A DNA stretch of 64,000 bases from Euglena gracilis (taxonomy: Eukaryota): assembly GCA_039621445.1 (NCBI GenBank), contig CP154954.1, positions 10,621,521-10,685,520 on the forward strand. Direction: 5' to 3'. This document shows positions 62,618 to 64,000 of the stretch, in pieces. The translations under genes and the position numbers were made by a program. Numbering within the stretch: the first letter of the stretch is position 1; every line of letters begins with the position of its first letter. The notes under the pieces were generated by a model, which was not told the DNA's origin, searched no databases, and saw only the letters and a program-made list of their open reading frames with translations.

Positions 62618-63585
62618 TGTGATTCTAAGAGCTGCTTTTACATTGGGGACAAGGCAGTACAGTTGGTCAAACCTTGGGACCCCCCCTCCCCCTGTACAGT
62701 TCCAACCCCCCCCCTCCCGGGACCCCCCCCTTCCCCCCCCCATTCCAACCCCCCCCCCGCGACAGGTGAAAAAAAAAATATTAAAAAACGGGTTGTTGTT
62801 TTTGAAACAAAAAAACATGCTTTTTTAAGGGGGTGGTGCGGGTCGCGGGGGGGGGGGTCATGGGGGGGGTCACGGGGCGGGGGGGGGGGGTCACGGGGGA
62901 AGTATGCCACTTTGCAGGTGGCCCGGAGGCAACATCCATGACGTTGCGTGATAAAATTGGTCATTTTTTTGAAAGGGAATTTTGTTAGGATTTTCTTGAC
63001 CAACACGTCTTTGGGATGAAGTTTGGGCCATTTTTGAGAAAATTCCGTTTTGGGTGGGGAAATGCACCAGTTTTTGGCACTTCTTTCAAAGGAAAAGTTT
63101 TTTGGCCATTTTTGGGTATGAAGGTGCATTGGGCGGATGCATGAAAGTTCATTGTTTTTTTAAAAAAATGCTTTAAAAAAAGAATGGCGAAGGATCGATT
63201 CTCGGGTCACGGGGAAAACAAAAAACCGTAATGACAACCGTAATTACCATGCCCCCCCATATAAGACCCCCCCTGGGATTTTGGCTCCCAAGGGAGATCA
63301 GGCAGTGAACTTTGGGTTTTTCGGGCGGGACCCCCCCCACCCCCCCGTCTTCATTGGAAATACATGGCGGTGAACTTCACCGGTGAACTTCACCGGTGAA
63401 GTTTCTCATTGAAATTCCTTTAGGGGCGAAGCCCCCAACCCCCCCCCCCCCCACCCCTGCCTAACCTCCGAGGGGGGGTCTTATATGGGGGGTCTCTGAG
63501 CCCTTATCCCTTTATGGGTAAGAGCGAAGCTTACCCGTGGGGGAAACACCCCCCCCCCCGAACCCCCCCTCCCCCCCTCGGAGCC

Positions 63586-63873
63586 ATGATGGCCATCATG
63601 ACCCATGATGCCCATCATGACCCATGATGGCCATCATGACCCATGATGGCCATCATGACCAATGATGCCCATCATGCCCCATGACGCCCATCATGACCAA
63701 TGATGCCCATCATGACCCATGATGCCAATCATGGCCAATGATGGCCATCACGACCCATGATGCCCATCATGACCCATGATGGCCATCACGACCCATGATG
63801 GCCATCAGGCCCCATGATGGCCATCATGACCCATGATGGCCATCAGGCCCCATGATGGCCATCATGACCCATG
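63586..63873. repeat. 18-bp semi-palindromic minisatellite (ATGATGGCCATCATGACCC-type) inside a HINE-like unit starting ~63491
   Basis: About 16 copies; 2 copies of the same motif at ~31337-31372. Confidence 0.92.
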
Positions 63874-64000
63874 TACCCCCTAAGAAAAATAGTAGTACCC
63901 CCTTAAAAAAAAACCTCATGGAGGGTTTGGGGGAATTTTTTTGAAACTTGTTTTTTTTTAGAAAAAAGGTCCTTTTTTCATCTCTACAGCTTCGTAGTCC

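Overview
Repeat-dense eukaryotic nuclear DNA, almost certainly from a euglenid (inferred from intron type). Coding sequence is split into tiny GC-rich exons, so most long ORFs in the supplied track are artefacts of repeats. Exons were joined by hand using the euglenid nonconventional-intron rule: CAG-like at intron +4..+6 pairs with CTG-like at -8..-6, with no GT-AG. This gives, all on the minus strand: a 14-exon OTU deubiquitinase (GDGNC...WGG...HYD; 19350->3547), an Eaf6/MEAF6-like NuA4 subunit (30673->~27423 and beyond), a large unnamed helical protein (>=47001->~35880), an orphan first exon (25455-25369) and possible Pro-rich exons at the left edge. Introns and spacers are filled with MITEs, a tyrosine-recombinase-like TIR element (2 copies plus a relic), a tandem Helentron/HINE-like family, tRNA-like Pol III cassettes and micro/minisatellites. 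Main finding: several MITEs have CAG...CTG termini and perfect 8-bp target-site duplications. That is exactly the 3+5 nt geometry of the nonconventional introns, and one OTU intron still carries a perfect 8-bp TSD. This suggests hAT-like, and separately TA-targeting, MITEs act as footprint-free intron generators.
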